From contig OZ361257.1 of assembly GCA_977018835.1 (NCBI GenBank), positions 4,464,001 to 4,528,000 on the forward strand: a stretch of 64,000 nucleotides of DNA. The letters are read 5' to 3'. This document shows positions 44,651 to 57,485 of the stretch, piece by piece. Numbering within the stretch: the first letter of the stretch is position 1; each line of letters begins with the position of its first letter. The translations under genes were made by a program, and so were the position numbers. The DNA comes from Minutocellus sp. GHC0000111. Lineage: Eukaryota. The notes beneath the pieces are model-generated. The model ran no database searches and was not told the DNA's origin. It saw only the letters and a program-made list of their open reading frames with translations.

Positions 44651-46544
44651 TAAGCCTTGACGATTACATACAGCCACAAGTTATATTCCATTTAAGACCG
44701 TTGTACAAGAGTACAGTAGCGCTGCCTTTTGATAACAGTTTGGGAGAGAATTTCTGTGATGACATTTTCCCCGTTTCTGATGTCAAAATTACCTATACCA
44801 AGAGAGATTGGGCCCAAGGGTGATCAATCATCACATCCTTTTGCCTTCCCTGCCTTGCTATGGCATTAAACGGCGCATTGATGGAAAGTTTCGCGGGTTT
44901 GATGCAAAGATTGGTGATTTCATGAGCATCTGATTGCTTTGGTGTGGTCGACGCCTGAATTTTCAGCACCCTCACTCTTAATCTCAATGTTGATGCCGAG
45001 TTACAAGGAATCGCAACTACTACATCGGAAGGGCATCAAATGCTGCTTCTTGATATACGTGAGCATGCTATTTGGCCGTGAAATATTATTTGTGTTGGTA
45101 TGGACAGTTATGGAGACAAATAGAAATGAAAATCTTGCAGTTTTTCCTTCTTTTTCTTTTGCTCGAGGGGTGAAAGTTTCGAAGATACGGTGATTTGAGG
45201 GACATTTCCCATGGCGATCACTGCTATCGTCTGCCATCGTCGCTTCATAATAGTATAGGATGATGTGTTGATGAAAAGTTTGTGTGAGCGGTGGTCTTCT
45301 TACGGCTAGCTAGGCGACTATTCTTCGTGGGGGTCGGCGAAGATCGTGTGGAATTCAGGGATAATCCAATGCTGCTACCTGACAACGACTCATAACCAAT
45401 GCAGTTAGAGCACATCACAAGCTGGTCAGTAGTGTCAAGTAACGATTGACAGCCTTGCTGTGTAACCTTGGTGTTATTGTCGCAGGTAGTAGGACCAAAT
45501 CGACGTGGAAATTGGCCTTTTAACATCACTTGGAATTTCTCGACTTGACAAATTTGGCCGATTTGGGAATAGTTTGGTGCCAACGGTAGACTATAGGTCC
45601 TGTGAATGACTATCCCTGTCTAGTTATGATGCAAGAGGTTCTATTGATGAGAAGTATCGTGGGTTTGTTGCAAGTCTTGGTGATTTGGTGACTACACACA
45701 GATTCCTCGAGGAAGTCGGCGGTCATCTTTCCCGCTTTTCGCACGATGCCAGTACTGTTCCTAAGCAACGAAAAATCACAATCAGTATAGTTGGAGGTTA
45801 TGAAAGGTCGCTGATTACTCCTAATAATGAGTTCGTTCGCTTGTAAGATGTCTTTGACCCTGGTGCGGAAAGAATTGTCAGCAAATCGATGAAAAAATGC
45901 CAGAAAATTCTGACAATTCTTGTTGGACGTCGACCTCCACGAAAGATCGGGCTTACAACTCCACAAGTAAAACTCGAAGTTGATATCGCTAGTATAGAGA
46001 CACGTATACCTGGTGGATCTTTATGGGTAGTAAAGGTGGTAGAATAGCTTGCTTGGCTTTTTGTAGCCATATTCCCTGCTTCAACCAGGCAAAAATCCAA
46101 GAATCTGTTAGGGAAACATTACATGCACATGCCTACTTGAGAGCCAAGTGTAGGAGAAAACTACCACCCAAGTCACAGATACCTCATATCCACTATACCA
46201 GAGGATAGTCTATGATTCTATGTTTGCGGTTGGACTTTCAAGATAAAGATTTGATGCTCACAATTCGCAAGGATTCCTAGATTTTTGACGACGCCGACCA
46301 CCGGAGGCTATCTTGAGAATCAACTACTAGTAGAATAAAAAGCCTGAGCACGCGTTCAATGCATGTTTAGTGCTGATGCGGTGATGTTCTAGTGGCTAAC
46401 GCAAGCTCAGGGAGGGGGGGTACCCATCTGCGCGCATAGAGATAGTTTGCTAGATTTCCTTTGTTCCGGCACGTAGTCAGATTCGTGTGGATAGTTGCGC
46501 TACAGCAGATGGCCCGGGTGCCCCGATGAGTTGAATGCGAGCAG

Positions 46545-46805
46545 AAGCATGTTGTTATTAACATGTTGGAATCAGATGGCGAGATTACTAGCAGCATGTG
46601 TTCGAAGCATTCGGAACCGATGTCGGAGGTGCTTAGCAAGTACGAGAAACGAAAGAAAGTAGACTCAGGCACCTACAGGTATCTAATGGACGGCGAGCGC
46701 GTGTCACCCAAAAGTGAGAACATGAAGACAGTCGGTGGTTATGCTTTAGAGTACGAGTCAGACGGCGTGTTGCAGTTGACCTGTTTTACCGAGCAGGTGG
46801 GTGGA
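46545..46805 (+). pseudogene. SUMO-like domain (copy B)
   Basis: Duplicate of 9771-10031. Confidence 0.6.
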
Positions 46806-47506
46806 AGTTTTGTAGCCTTTGATCCTGAGACGGTGACTCGACACGTGTGCAATTGGTGGAGATCGCCAAATATTTCCAGCAGCTTCGCTTCGGCGACGTT
46901 CTCAATGTCGCTGGGGTTAACTCCTTCAACGAAGGGAGTGAGATCGACGTAAAATGCGATAGTTTCGATGTTGTACGTTCGGCCCTGTGAGTTCGGCGTC
47001 GTCTTTTTGGGTGCGTTCTTTCCGTGAGGATGACGACGGCAGACAACCGTGTGGAGAGTTTCGGATGTCTGACGGAGATGGGCCAGCTCCTCGACACTGA
47101 AGCAAGCAGCATTGAAAGCAACGGGCATGGCGGACGCCTTGTGCTGCCAGTGCTGCTTGTTGGTGGCATTGACGAGATCCAGTACTCCAGTGGCACTGAC
47201 ACGGCCATCTTTGACATGAACGCCGGTGCAGCTGACGTAGAAGAAGTGGTTAGGCCCTCCGTCTGCCAACTCCTGCGCCATTTAAGCCTGCTGGTCAACC
47301 ATTTCTTGGACCATGCTGAAGTCGACGGTGGCGTTCTTGAGATCGAACTTTTTCTTCGGCTTCATCTGCTTGGCCAGTTTTCCTGCGGCATTGGCGTAGG
47401 GATTAGGAGTATGAACGTTTTGATATGCTGCGGGTGGTGAGTATGGTTTGATGTGCCGCTGCGGTTTGATTGCTGCTGCGGCTTGATATGCTGGTTGTTT
47501 TGACAT
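46739..47506 (-). pseudogene. Unknown ORF with in-frame stop (copy B)
   Basis: Duplicate of 9965-10732 with the same TAA. Confidence 0.5.
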
Positions 47507-48319
47507 GCTGCGGATTTGATGAGGCCGATTTGATATCGATATGCTGGCGCGTGACTCATTGAATCTGAAGCACTCCCTTTTAAAATACAAAAAGTCAAAT
47601 CCAAACTTTCCCCACGACGGGGAGTACCTGCTTCCACTTGTGAGATCTTTGTTCCGAATGCTGGCTTGCTTTCACTTCACTTGTGAGATCTTTGTTCCGA
47701 ATGCTGGCTTGCTTTCTAAAATCTGAAACACGATCTGCCTGCCACAGCCGTTCAAGTTGGCATCGCCTGTGTTTTGCAGATGTTTCTACGATGTAACATG
47801 AGAGAGAGCAAGCAGCGCCAAAATCGACGGAAATAAGCGTGGAACATGTGTTTCTTCGTCGACCTAGTTTATTGCAACAACAAAAAACTCACACCCTCTT
47901 ATTGCTAGATGGGCCGCGCCCACCCTCCAAGCGGTGACGACTGTCTGTCTTAGAGGGCACCCGGGCCCATCTCTAGGTAAAGGAGTTTCTCGCCGGAGCC
48001 TTGACGACCTTTTCTCGATGGGATGTATGTGCAGCCAATGCCCTTCATTGCAAGAGCCCTGAATCTATTTTTAGGTTTTGACAACTCTAATCTCCTATAG
48101 AGGAAGACAATATCGAGTTTGTGGATTCCTTCTCCACCCCCCTCTGACAGTAATTGTACTGCACCACATCTTTTTCAAGAATTGTTTTTAAAATACATTT
48201 TGGATATAATAGTTCTAATCCGTTCGAACTTGCTTTGTGCCCCGCTCAATACCATGGTTCTCTTGTCGATATTACTATACATGATATTTATCGACATCAC
48301 TCACAAACCTCCTAAACAT

Positions 48320-49589
48320 TTATTGATCCTTCTTCTTCTTGGTCGGGCGGTACTGACTAATTACAACGGCGTGATCACGTTCATACGGCTCAAGGGTGAG
48401 CTGCTCTAGCGGCTTGAAGTTCTCTTCCTGCAATTTGCTCACTTCTCTGCGGAACACAGCCTCAGGTGCGGCAGTGGAATCGACACAACTGGCCTTGATG
48501 GCAATTACGGAATGTCCACCGTTCTTGAGGAAGTGGTGAGAGTTGAGCGCAACAATACGGGCCTGATCGGGCTGGGCAATATCGGCAAAGACACAATCGA
48601 CCATACCCACGAGCATGCGGTACTTCAGAGGATGACGGGCATCCTCGATGATGGGGATGACGTTGGTACGGGATTTGGCCACATTGATGAGATCGCGGCC
48701 GGGTCGGTGCGAGAATTCAACAGCGTACACGGCACCAGTGGGACCGACAATGTCGGACACATGCGACACAGAGGTACCGGCGGCGGCACCAAGGTAGAGA
48801 ACCTTGGAACCAGGCTTGATCCAGATGTTGTCAACACCACCGAGAACAGCGGCGGCAACTGAAAGATTGAAGAAAGACATCGCAAAAATGTTAGAGAGGC
48901 GACTTTTGAAGTGAAATCTCGCAGAGAACTCGCTAAAATCAAATTCAGCAGCAGCAACTCACTCTTCGATCGGAAGGGGTTCCAAACACGGTATTCAACC
49001 TTGGTGGCGTTGCCATCCGGTCCTGGAGGTCCATCGACGGAAATTCGCTTCTCTCCGTAAACCGCCACGCCGGGGGTCGAGTTGAGCGTGACGAGGGCAT
49101 CCTCCTTGCCACGGGCGATGAAGATACCCTCGTGACGGTGAGGTTCGACGACGACCTTGGCACCGCCCTTCATGCCGCCACCGCGTCCGCCGCCACGGCC
49201 TCCGCGACCACCGCCACGTCCACCCCGGCCGCCTCCTCGGCCTCCGCCACGTCCTCCGCCGCTAATGTGTTCAGATGAAAAGTAAAGAAAAAAGATATGT
49301 CAGTTTTTCGAATATGACACGAGATGTGTAGGTTTCAATCGGAAGAGTAAAAAGAGCACCTCATCTCTGAGTGAATCATATTCAATTAGCAGACGAGCCC
49401 CTCAGCAATACAGGCATACTGCGCAAGATATATTGTGACATCTGCATCGGGATCAAGCCGAACTCACCGTCCACCGCCGCGTCCGCCGCCACCGAAGCCG
49501 CCACGTCCGCCACCGCGTCCTCCGGGAGAACGGCCACCACGGCCTCCGCCGCGGCCGCCACGTCCTGGTGATCTACCACCGAATGCCAT
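48320..49589 (-). CDS. FBL: Fibrillarin (copy B, 3 exons)
   Basis: Duplicate of 11546..12815. Confidence 0.97.
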
Positions 49590-49895
49590 TTCTTATTGCT
49601 CTTGGTTGCGTACTACAGCTGCACCGCTGGGTTCTTTGTCTGCAATAGGAATTCCTAGGCCTACATGCAGGCGACGCGTTGAAGGGCTGAGATTTGATGG
49701 CGGATGGCTTGTCGACGGACGAAGAAAGACGCATGGCGCTTAAAAATCCACTCCCCGAAAAATTACCTGGAAATGATTTCTCATTATATATGGAGAGAAG
49801 GAGTGTATATACACATCGTTGATGTGCGAATGAATCATCCTCCCATTAGATCTAGAGTCTAGCACCGGTGTTGTTTCATTATGTTTTATCTTGGA

Positions 49896-51410
49896 TTATC
49901 TCGCTCTACTCCGTGTTCTTCTCTTATTTCCCTTGGGCTTGCCGCGTTGTTTATCTATCCTCTCTCGCACAGCTTCCACCTTTTGGATGCCCTCTTCCTT
50001 GGCTCCGGTGAGCTGGAATGCCTCTCGGACGAGAGAATACGTCACATTAGAAGGCTGGCACTGTCGATCCCCAGCGATGTGAAGCAAGGCACATTCGACG
50101 AGGAGATCCCAAGCCCTACTTTTCGATCGTTCCAATGCTTCACTGATATCTTTGTCGTCTTCGTCTGAGTCATTTCGCTCTTTTATCATGGCCATTGAAT
50201 TGACATGTGCTTTGATCGCAGCAGTGTATGATATCGCATTGCAGCTCACACTATCATCTCCCAGCGCATCGAGAGTTTTCATCTTCGATATGATTGCATC
50301 CGCCTTTTCTCCCGCATCAACCCAGCCGCTATTTGCATATGCGTTGATGACCGTGGAGTAGCTGATGCTATCAGGACGTATGGCATCATCCTCTGCCACA
50401 GAATTGGAGAGATTTTCCATTACTTCCAAAAATAACTCAGCTTTTTCGGCGTTGGCAGGCCCTCCTTGCTTGGCGAAGCAATTGATAGCCGCATTGTAAA
50501 CGAAAGTTGTAGGCTTGCAACTCTGAATGCCGAACTGGTACATGCTCTCCATCTGTTGCAGCAACGCCGCTGCATGCTCACTGGCCTGTTGATCGCTCCG
50601 ATCGTTTGCATAAGAGTTGATTATTGCACCAAACGTCAATGAATCGGGCACAAGGTCGGGATACGGGCCTTCATCGTGTTTCGTTTCCATCTGATTTAGC
50701 AAACTTCGAGCTCTGTCGGCACATCCCGGCGATCTTGATCGTGCCACGGCATTAATAGCCATGTTGTAACTTCTAGCATCGGGCTGTAAATCCTCTGGCC
50801 GACCAGCTTCTTCATACAATACATTCATTTCTTCCAACAACCGAACGCAGTTATCGGCGGCATTCTTCTCCCTACTTCGCGACCAGGCCGTGATGCACGC
50901 ATTCAGAGTAAAGCTATTTGGACGGGCATCGGGATAGTCACCGCTCCGCCAAAGCTCAATGGCTCGATGCAATATCTTTTCAGCACGCTGTGCAGCATGA
51001 GGCTGCGTCGATCGAGCCCATGCGTTACATGCCGCCGTGAACGACACCACATTTGGTCGAATACCAGTATCACCGGCGAATTCGTCATCGGCAAGCACGT
51101 CGTCTACAGCCTTCCAAAGACGTTCTTCGACGATGCCGGCACTCTTGTTGTCAAAGTTCTGCGACATTGTCACCAGCTTGTTGTTGAAATGAATTGTCTC
51201 CGGACTGACATCTCGTTCACCTGTTGGAGTTTCGTCCTGACTAACATTATCAGAGGAGCCAACATCGACGCCAGGCGGAGATGAGAAGAGAACACGAGGC
51301 GGTGCCGGTTGTGCTACTATCGGTATCCTTCCTCTCTGCTGGGACGGAAGAAACCCGTGTATCCCATGGGCAAGTAAAATAAGCGCAAACAAGCTTATGT
51401 TGTGGGGCAT
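49896..51410 (-). CDS. PPR protein (copy B)
   Basis: Duplicate of 13122..14636. Confidence 0.9.
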   Translation of the reverse strand: MPHNISLFALILLAHGIHGFLPSQQRGRIPIVAQPAPPRVLFSSPPGVDVGSSDNVSQDETPTGERDVSPETIHFNNKLVTMSQNFDNKSAGIVEERLWKAVDDVLADDEFAGDTGIRPNVVSFTAACNAWARSTQPHAAQRAEKILHRAIELWRSGDYPDARPNSFTLNACITAWSRSREKNAADNCVRLLEEMNVLYEEAGRPEDLQPDARSYNMAINAVARSRSPGCADRARSLLNQMETKHDEGPYPDLVPDSLTFGAIINSYANDRSDQQASEHAAALLQQMESMYQFGIQSCKPTTFVYNAAINCFAKQGGPANAEKAELFLEVMENLSNSVAEDDAIRPDSISYSTVINAYANSGWVDAGEKADAIISKMKTLDALGDDSVSCNAISYTAAIKAHVNSMAMIKERNDSDEDDKDISEALERSKSRAWDLLVECALLHIAGDRQCQPSNVTYSLVREAFQLTGAKEEGIQKVEAVRERIDKQRGKPKGNKRRTRSRAR

Positions 51411-52218
51411 GATGGCACGCAATGGGCGAACGGGGTCGTTTTATTGGTGGGTCTTCGTCTCTCGGCTCTGCTCATGAATTGCTGCGGCCTCAAATATCTG
51501 CAAATAAATAATAGAAGTACATTCGCCAGTATGCGAAGCAAACGGCCGAGAAGCAACTTGCCGTTTCATTTTCTACCACGATGGCCGTTTCTTATAGGTA
51601 TGCCGCCTTCTTTCTCCGCTGCGATCTGATGTTCGTTCGCCTCCACCCTCAAGACTTCGCTCATTTATTTGCTCTGCGATATCGGCGGCTGCTACTTTCG
51701 CCCAGCCGACGAGACCAACGACCGTCACACAGATCGACATACCAACGACATTTTAATTTCCCATCATCCCAGGCTTTCAAGCGGTTCTTGTGCCTCAAAC
51801 ATAGAACCCGGGGAGGTATTCTCCGTACAAATCCTGCCTTTGTTTCGGACCCCTTTCAAGGCACAACAGAGAGAAGCGGGTGTCCAGGGATCTCCAAAAT
51901 GGAATCCACCCCCTACATGCATGTAACGGCATTTTGCATTGTTCATGCATGTGTGTTTTTTCTCCAGTGGCTGTGACATGCATCTCTCCAAAATGGAGTA
52001 TGCAGCAGCCATCACCCAATCATCATAAGCATTGCTTCATGTTGTAGCGGCTATGCGTTGGGTAGGGGATAGTTAGTCATAAGGCTTATGATAATCGTGC
52101 ACGGTCCATTCCCCTCTCCAATCGCTACAAATAACAAAGGGGGTGGACCGTGCACATCATTTTATTTTACTATCTGTAGTATTCGCTCGAATGATTGCTT
52201 AATACGAGACGCATGCCA

Positions 52219-53598
52219 CTACTGATTATCACCAGTAAGAGAACGATACTTATTCATCTTGCGTCTGTCCGCCACTTCCCCAGTGATGGCCATAATGGTC
52301 GATACGATGGCACAGGCCATGCTGATTTCTTCCCATTTCAGGATCTTGCTATGTCCAAGCTCGATCAATACAGCATATGCAATCACAAAATGCGCTATTG
52401 CATCAACGAGATCGGCAACTGCAGCACCGGCAAACATTGTCGAGGGCAAGCACGGCCTTCGTTTGCTGGGCAAGGTGCCATATGCAGCCCATTCAAAGTC
52501 TTCCCTCTCTTCACGAACCTCTCGTATCCTTTTCACGTCGGCTTTGAGCAACCAAAGAGCAAACAACCCTCCCAGAGCCGGCAGAGCAATGAGAAATATC
52601 CTTGCCACCGATCGAGCCATACGTTCGGTTGTTCGCACGGCAGCATACGAAGCTCGATCTGTGGCAGTTGCCGCCGCCCGACGTCCCTTGGATGCAAGAA
52701 CCAGACCAGTTTCCGACGTACGCTCACCAAGTTCAGCCACATGCCTACCAATGGACCGACGTGCTGCCGCGGAGTATTTGGATGAGGCAGTAGCACCACG
52801 CTCAGCTGCTCGTTCGGCCATCCTCTGACCTGTCCGCTCCGTAATACGCTCACCAGCACGTTCCGCCACACCGGTGGCCATACGACGTTCTCCTCTGGAC
52901 AAGAATCGCTGTCCAGTCCTCTCAGCTACCCGCTCCCCCGTCCGTTCGGCCACGCCCGTAGCCATTTTCCTTTCGGCCCTGGACAACAACCGCTGACCAG
53001 CGACAGCACCACGCTCAGCAACTCGTTCTCCAGCTCTCTCACCAAATCGCTCGACAAATCGCTCCCCATATCGTTCCACACCTCTTCCGGTCACGCTTTC
53101 CCATACAATTTGAATTCTCTCAAACAACCGTTCTACCAGCCGGCTCAGGCCCTTTCGTTCTGTAGATTTTAGCAACTGAGTTGCCGCCTTTTCACCAAGC
53201 TTGATGCTGGTCTTTTCTTTTGCTCGATGTTCCACTTGATGCATCGCACCGCTAAACATGTGACTCTTGGCATGGCGCTGTTGTCTTTCCTCCTCATTTT
53301 TTGCATCGTCTTGCAGCTTTTGTAAGTGGCAAGATATATGCCGATTGTTTTGTTTGGCATCGTCATTATTCGAGATGAAGATTGCAGCTGGCCGGCGACG
53401 AAGGCGTTCGTTTGTAGACGGAGATATGAAGCAACTGTCAACCGCATGGTCGGCTTCGGGATCGTGCAGTCTATTGCAACTGCGGGCATCCTTTGGTGAG
53501 TTGTGTGCCGCTGCCGAAACAACGAAGAATATCAGCAAAAGCGCACTTTGTACGTACAAGAGAAGCCTTTGGCTACAATCATTGCATCGCTTTGCCAT
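52219..53598 (-). CDS. Hypothetical GER.AER-repeat membrane protein (copy B)
   Basis: Duplicate of 15445..16812 with a 12-bp in-frame insertion and a W>R change. Confidence 0.75.
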   Translation of the reverse strand: MAKRCNDCSQRLLLYVQSALLLIFFVVSAAAHNSPKDARSCNRLHDPEADHAVDSCFISPSTNERLRRRPAAIFISNNDDAKQNNRHISCHLQKLQDDAKNEEERQQRHAKSHMFSGAMHQVEHRAKEKTSIKLGEKAATQLLKSTERKGLSRLVERLFERIQIVWESVTGRGVERYGERFVERFGERAGERVAERGAVAGQRLLSRAERKMATGVAERTGERVAERTGQRFLSRGERRMATGVAERAGERITERTGQRMAERAAERGATASSKYSAAARRSIGRHVAELGERTSETGLVLASKGRRAAATATDRASYAAVRTTERMARSVARIFLIALPALGGLFALWLLKADVKRIREVREEREDFEWAAYGTLPSKRRPCLPSTMFAGAAVADLVDAIAHFVIAYAVLIELGHSKILKWEEISMACAIVSTIMAITGEVADRRKMNKYRSLTGDNQ

Positions 53599-53851
53599 GG
53601 TTTTGATGGTATCTTGGCCGTATCTTCAAAGTTGGCACAAGATGTGCTGATTAATCAAAGTCAACAAAAGATCGTCTGTCCGTCATCATTGCAGCGCAGT
53701 TTGCTGAGTTGCATGCAGAGTTTCGATGCCTATACAGCATCGAGCGAGTAGGAATCTCTAGCTCTAGGACCTAGACCTGGGGACCTGGGGGTACGACGAG
53801 TAGTACAATCGTCTTATTAAGCGGTGGCCCTTCATAAACAGCGAAACAGCA

Positions 53852-55096
53852 ATGTGCCCCCGAGATGAGAATGAGGCAAACAGCGATCCCAAGCATGGTT
53901 TCTGCCCCTGCGGTCGTTCACAACAATCATCATCATCGTCATCACCCGGCATCCGGTCCAGAATGTTTGGTATCGGCATGAAGGGCGGCGAAGCGGCCAG
54001 AGTTACCGACGTTTCAAAATTCCGAAACTGGTCCTGGTGGATCTACCTGACACCATCTTTCCAATCTACAGTATTTCACCGCCCGGGCCTTCATTTGTCG
54101 GTTCTCGGATATTTGATTGTGGCCAACTTGGTCTTTTGGAACAAGCACTATGCACCGCAATATGAAATATACGACGTTGATGACTTTGCAGGTACCACGC
54201 TGGATAATCTGGCACTTCGATTGGTGGTGTTTGTGTTGTCGTCTTACATGTTTCAAGTGGTCAGCGCCTATTGGACTGGGACAAAGCACAAGGCATCCCG
54301 AATGTTGAGAGGGATGGCACGATCAGTAGATGCAATCAGTACTATTTTGGACTACTCTAATCCCCGCTCAGAGAAAGTGCTGAATGAGATTCGCGACGCA
54401 TTTGTATTGGTGGGAAAATACAGCCTTTGCATTTCGGCGCGACACACAAAGCATGCGCTCTCCATGGATGAATTGGCCCATCTCTTCCAAGGCGTGCGTT
54501 ACAACAGCGACCTGCTCTTGAAGAAAATACACTGCAAGCAGGCAACAAATGTATTGCGCCAAGCAGTGCTCCAGACAGTACAAAGGGAACGCTTAAAAGA
54601 CGATGGGTGCATGAGATTGATGTCCAATGAATCTTTCGATCGTTTTCAAACGCATCTATTTGAATTGACTGATGGTGGGCGAAAGGTGATGTCATCAACA
54701 ACAAGTAGCAAGTTGCCCTTCGATTTGTATCAGCTGGTGACATGGGGGACCAAAATGATGCTCTTCTTTTACGTGACCGGGGTCTACTCAACAGTATCGC
54801 GAGAATTGGTTTCATCAGGGAGCGCAGTTCCTTTCTCTTGCCTTGGAGGTACCGTGATGCCTGATGAGGGAGAAACCTACTGCCCGACAAGATTTTATGT
54901 CATTCTCAACTTGTTCTACGCATCGGTGCTCTACTTTATTCTCGGATGTCTTGAAATTTACCATAGTGTTACCAAAATCTGGGAGAATGGGTTGGTATTG
55001 AGAAATTACATGACAGTGGTTGATTTGCTCTGCGAACCCTTGGTGGCTAGTCCATGCACTCGACCACCCGATCTGAGTTATTATCGAGTCAATTGA
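53852..55096 (+). CDS. Bestrophin-like protein (copy B)
   Basis: Duplicate of 17066..18310 with an L>R change. Confidence 0.6.
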   Translation: MCPRDENEANSDPKHGFCPCGRSQQSSSSSSPGIRSRMFGIGMKGGEAARVTDVSKFRNWSWWIYLTPSFQSTVFHRPGLHLSVLGYLIVANLVFWNKHYAPQYEIYDVDDFAGTTLDNLALRLVVFVLSSYMFQVVSAYWTGTKHKASRMLRGMARSVDAISTILDYSNPRSEKVLNEIRDAFVLVGKYSLCISARHTKHALSMDELAHLFQGVRYNSDLLLKKIHCKQATNVLRQAVLQTVQRERLKDDGCMRLMSNESFDRFQTHLFELTDGGRKVMSSTTSSKLPFDLYQLVTWGTKMMLFFYVTGVYSTVSRELVSSGSAVPFSCLGGTVMPDEGETYCPTRFYVILNLFYASVLYFILGCLEIYHSVTKIWENGLVLRNYMTVVDLLCEPLVASPCTRPPDLSYYRVN

Positions 55097-55409
55097 TAAA
55101 GAAAGGGAGGGGAAGTAGTTTTCCAATTCCAAAGTAATGTCAATCAAAAGCAAAACTTTCGCTAGCTAGCTACGTAGATTCTAGCTACGTAGCTACATGT
55201 AGGGCTTTTGTCGCGGCGGCGGCAGCAGCCAAAATTTGTCCATGGCTTGTTAGAGAACTCCAAGTGGAAAACTTCGGGGTGTGGCCGAGCTGAGCAAAGG
55301 ATTTCGCTGAGAGGCGCGAAGAGAAGGCCAACAATCAAGATGATGACCGCAGTGGAGGCGGCAATGCAATTGACTTGATGTAGAAAGAAGCAATATTCCC
55401 GCAGCTACA

Positions 55410-56678
55410 ATGTATCATCTCGACATGCCCTCCCTTCGTCGGTTTGCTGTCAATCCGAATGACAGTTCTGTTCCTCTGCGAAAACTCACCCTCTTCTCGA
55501 AAGTCAACCTCTTCTTGCTACACGTGTTCTTTTCCTTCTTCCAATGGATTCTCGAGCCATTCGGCTTGGCAGTTCCGGTTGGCACGGCATTCCTAGCCAG
55601 TATGTTTGGCTTCATGATATTTGTTCCTCCGCTTGTGTGCTGGTTGGCGCTGTGTGGCGCTGACTTGGTTCTGCCAGGAACATACGATGCAGTGATAAAT
55701 GTCAAGGCATATTGGATATCTGCCTGGATTGCATGGTACCTCTTCACATTGGTAACCGACAAGGCGCCAAGAACTCCCGTTGGTGCCAACCATCGCGCAC
55801 CGACAAATGCCATGAATTCTGCTGCGCATAAAATGTACTACTGGAATGTGAGTTGTATCATAGTTTTATTGAGAGAAGGTTGCAATACGAGTTCGCCATG
55901 GCATGGATTCTGACATTTATTTATCTTCTGTTTTCACACTCTCCAGTGCATTGACTATTTCCCAATTGAGTGTGTGCCATGGGCTGAAGATGCAACATTG
56001 CCACTTGATCGACAATATATATTTGCAATTCATCCGCATGGAATTTTCTGTTGGGGTTTGTTCATGTTTGCTGCAACTGGGACCCCTTTTGATAGGCGAT
56101 TTCCAGGCCTTGCTGGGAAAAAGTTGGTTGGATTGATTGCAACTGTTCTATTTATCGTTCCAGTCATTCGAGATTTCTTCCTGGAGTGGCCATACATTGA
56201 CGCATCTCGTAAAGTCGCGAGCGAGGCATTGGATGCTGGTTTGAGCCTGTATCTAATACCTGGAGGTGAGGAAGAGGTCGTAGTGACAAAATACAGCGAG
56301 GATGCGACCGTTTTGATGAAACGAAAGGGATTTATACGGCTAGCTCTGAGCTATGGAGCTGATATCGTGCCGGTTTGGGGCGCTGGCACCACCGATTCCT
56401 TCCGAACGTATCCGGCCATCTTTGGATTTCGAAAGTGGGTGCAAAAGAATCTCGGTGTAGCAATTGCAAATTACCACGGCAGGGGTGGGACACCCCTGCC
56501 TTACAAGGACAAGCCGGTGAGGATACTCATTGGAAAGCCAATACCTACGCCCATGCCAAAGGTAAAGGGCGAAAGACCTGATCCAAAGGTAGTTGATGAA
56601 TATCATGCCAAGTACGTGGCGGCATTGAAGGAGCTTCATGATGCTCACGTACAAGATCGGCCTCTCAAAATATTGTGA
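55410..56678 (+). CDS. DGAT2: DGAT2-family acyltransferase (copy B, 2 exons)
   Basis: Duplicate of 18624..19892 with A>T and E>K changes. Confidence 0.92.
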
Positions 56679-57002
56679 TTATGAAGTCAGACAACTCCAT
56701 GCTAGCTATTGCAATACCGTTTTGCTGAGGTAAACACTTATTGCTTCTATATGAAATCAAGGAGGCGAGAGGATGCAATGTACTAGATGCAGTAACAACG
56801 AACTTTGATGGGCCCCTGCCCCAAAGGACAAACGTAGATCCTCTGTTTCGTTCTCACACAGATGACCGACGGTTCCGACTTCCGTATAAACTGCCATCGA
56901 TATCAATTCTGTTTTGCTCTCTCCTCACTTTTATATCACAAATAAATGCAACGCCGCAACATATCGTTATAAACATCGACTGCCCGTTCATCTTTCACTC
57001 GT

Positions 57003-57485
57003 CTACAGACCGTAGTTCAATCGGAAGATGTCATTGTGGACGTAGTACTGGCCGGGGGCGGTGCTGACGAGCTGGAACATCTCGCAGAAGTGCAGTGGGT
57101 TGTCACCGCCAATCTTGATGGTGCCGGTGACGAAAATGAGCATGGCGTTGGGGTTGTTGGAGGGCTGAACGTCCATGGACTTGACCGTATGCTGGACAGG
57201 GCCGACGGACTTGTACTTGGCCACGATGGCCGCACCGCCCTGGACCTGGTTGCTCTCGAAGGTCAGCATGGAGCTGTCTTGCTGTCGGGGTAAAGAGGAG
57301 TGGATGGCCGAGATGGATGAATGGATTAGGACAACGGCTGATTTGATTTGAATCATAAAAGAAATGCAGAATGCATAAGTCCCATCATATTCACTCACGT
57401 AAAGCCCGGCCAGACCATCGACGTTGGTGTCCTTCATCTGATAGTAGTGCTGGGTGAAAGCCTTGGCAACTTCTTCGGCGCTCAT
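57003..57485 (-). CDS. NTF2: Nuclear transport factor 2 (copy B)
   Basis: Duplicate of 20217..20699. Confidence 0.93.
   Translation of the reverse strand: MSAEEVAKAFTQHYYQMKDTNVDGLAGLYVSEYDGTYAFCISFMIQIKSAVVLIHSSISAIHSSLPRQQDSSMLTFESNQVQGGAAIVAKYKSVGPVQHTVKSMDVQPSNNPNAMLIFVTGTIKIGGDNPLHFCEMFQLVSTAPGQYYVHNDIFRLNYGL

Larger units (their letters stand above)
46503..47975. mobile_element. Putative decayed hAT-like TIR element (copy B)
   Basis: Duplicate of 9729-11201. Confidence 0.4.

Noticed and set aside
42566..45691. Mobile-element insertion in copy B
   Set aside because: There are no TIRs or TSD, and the segment contains native HSF exon 1 and hemD. It is therefore a deletion in copy A.
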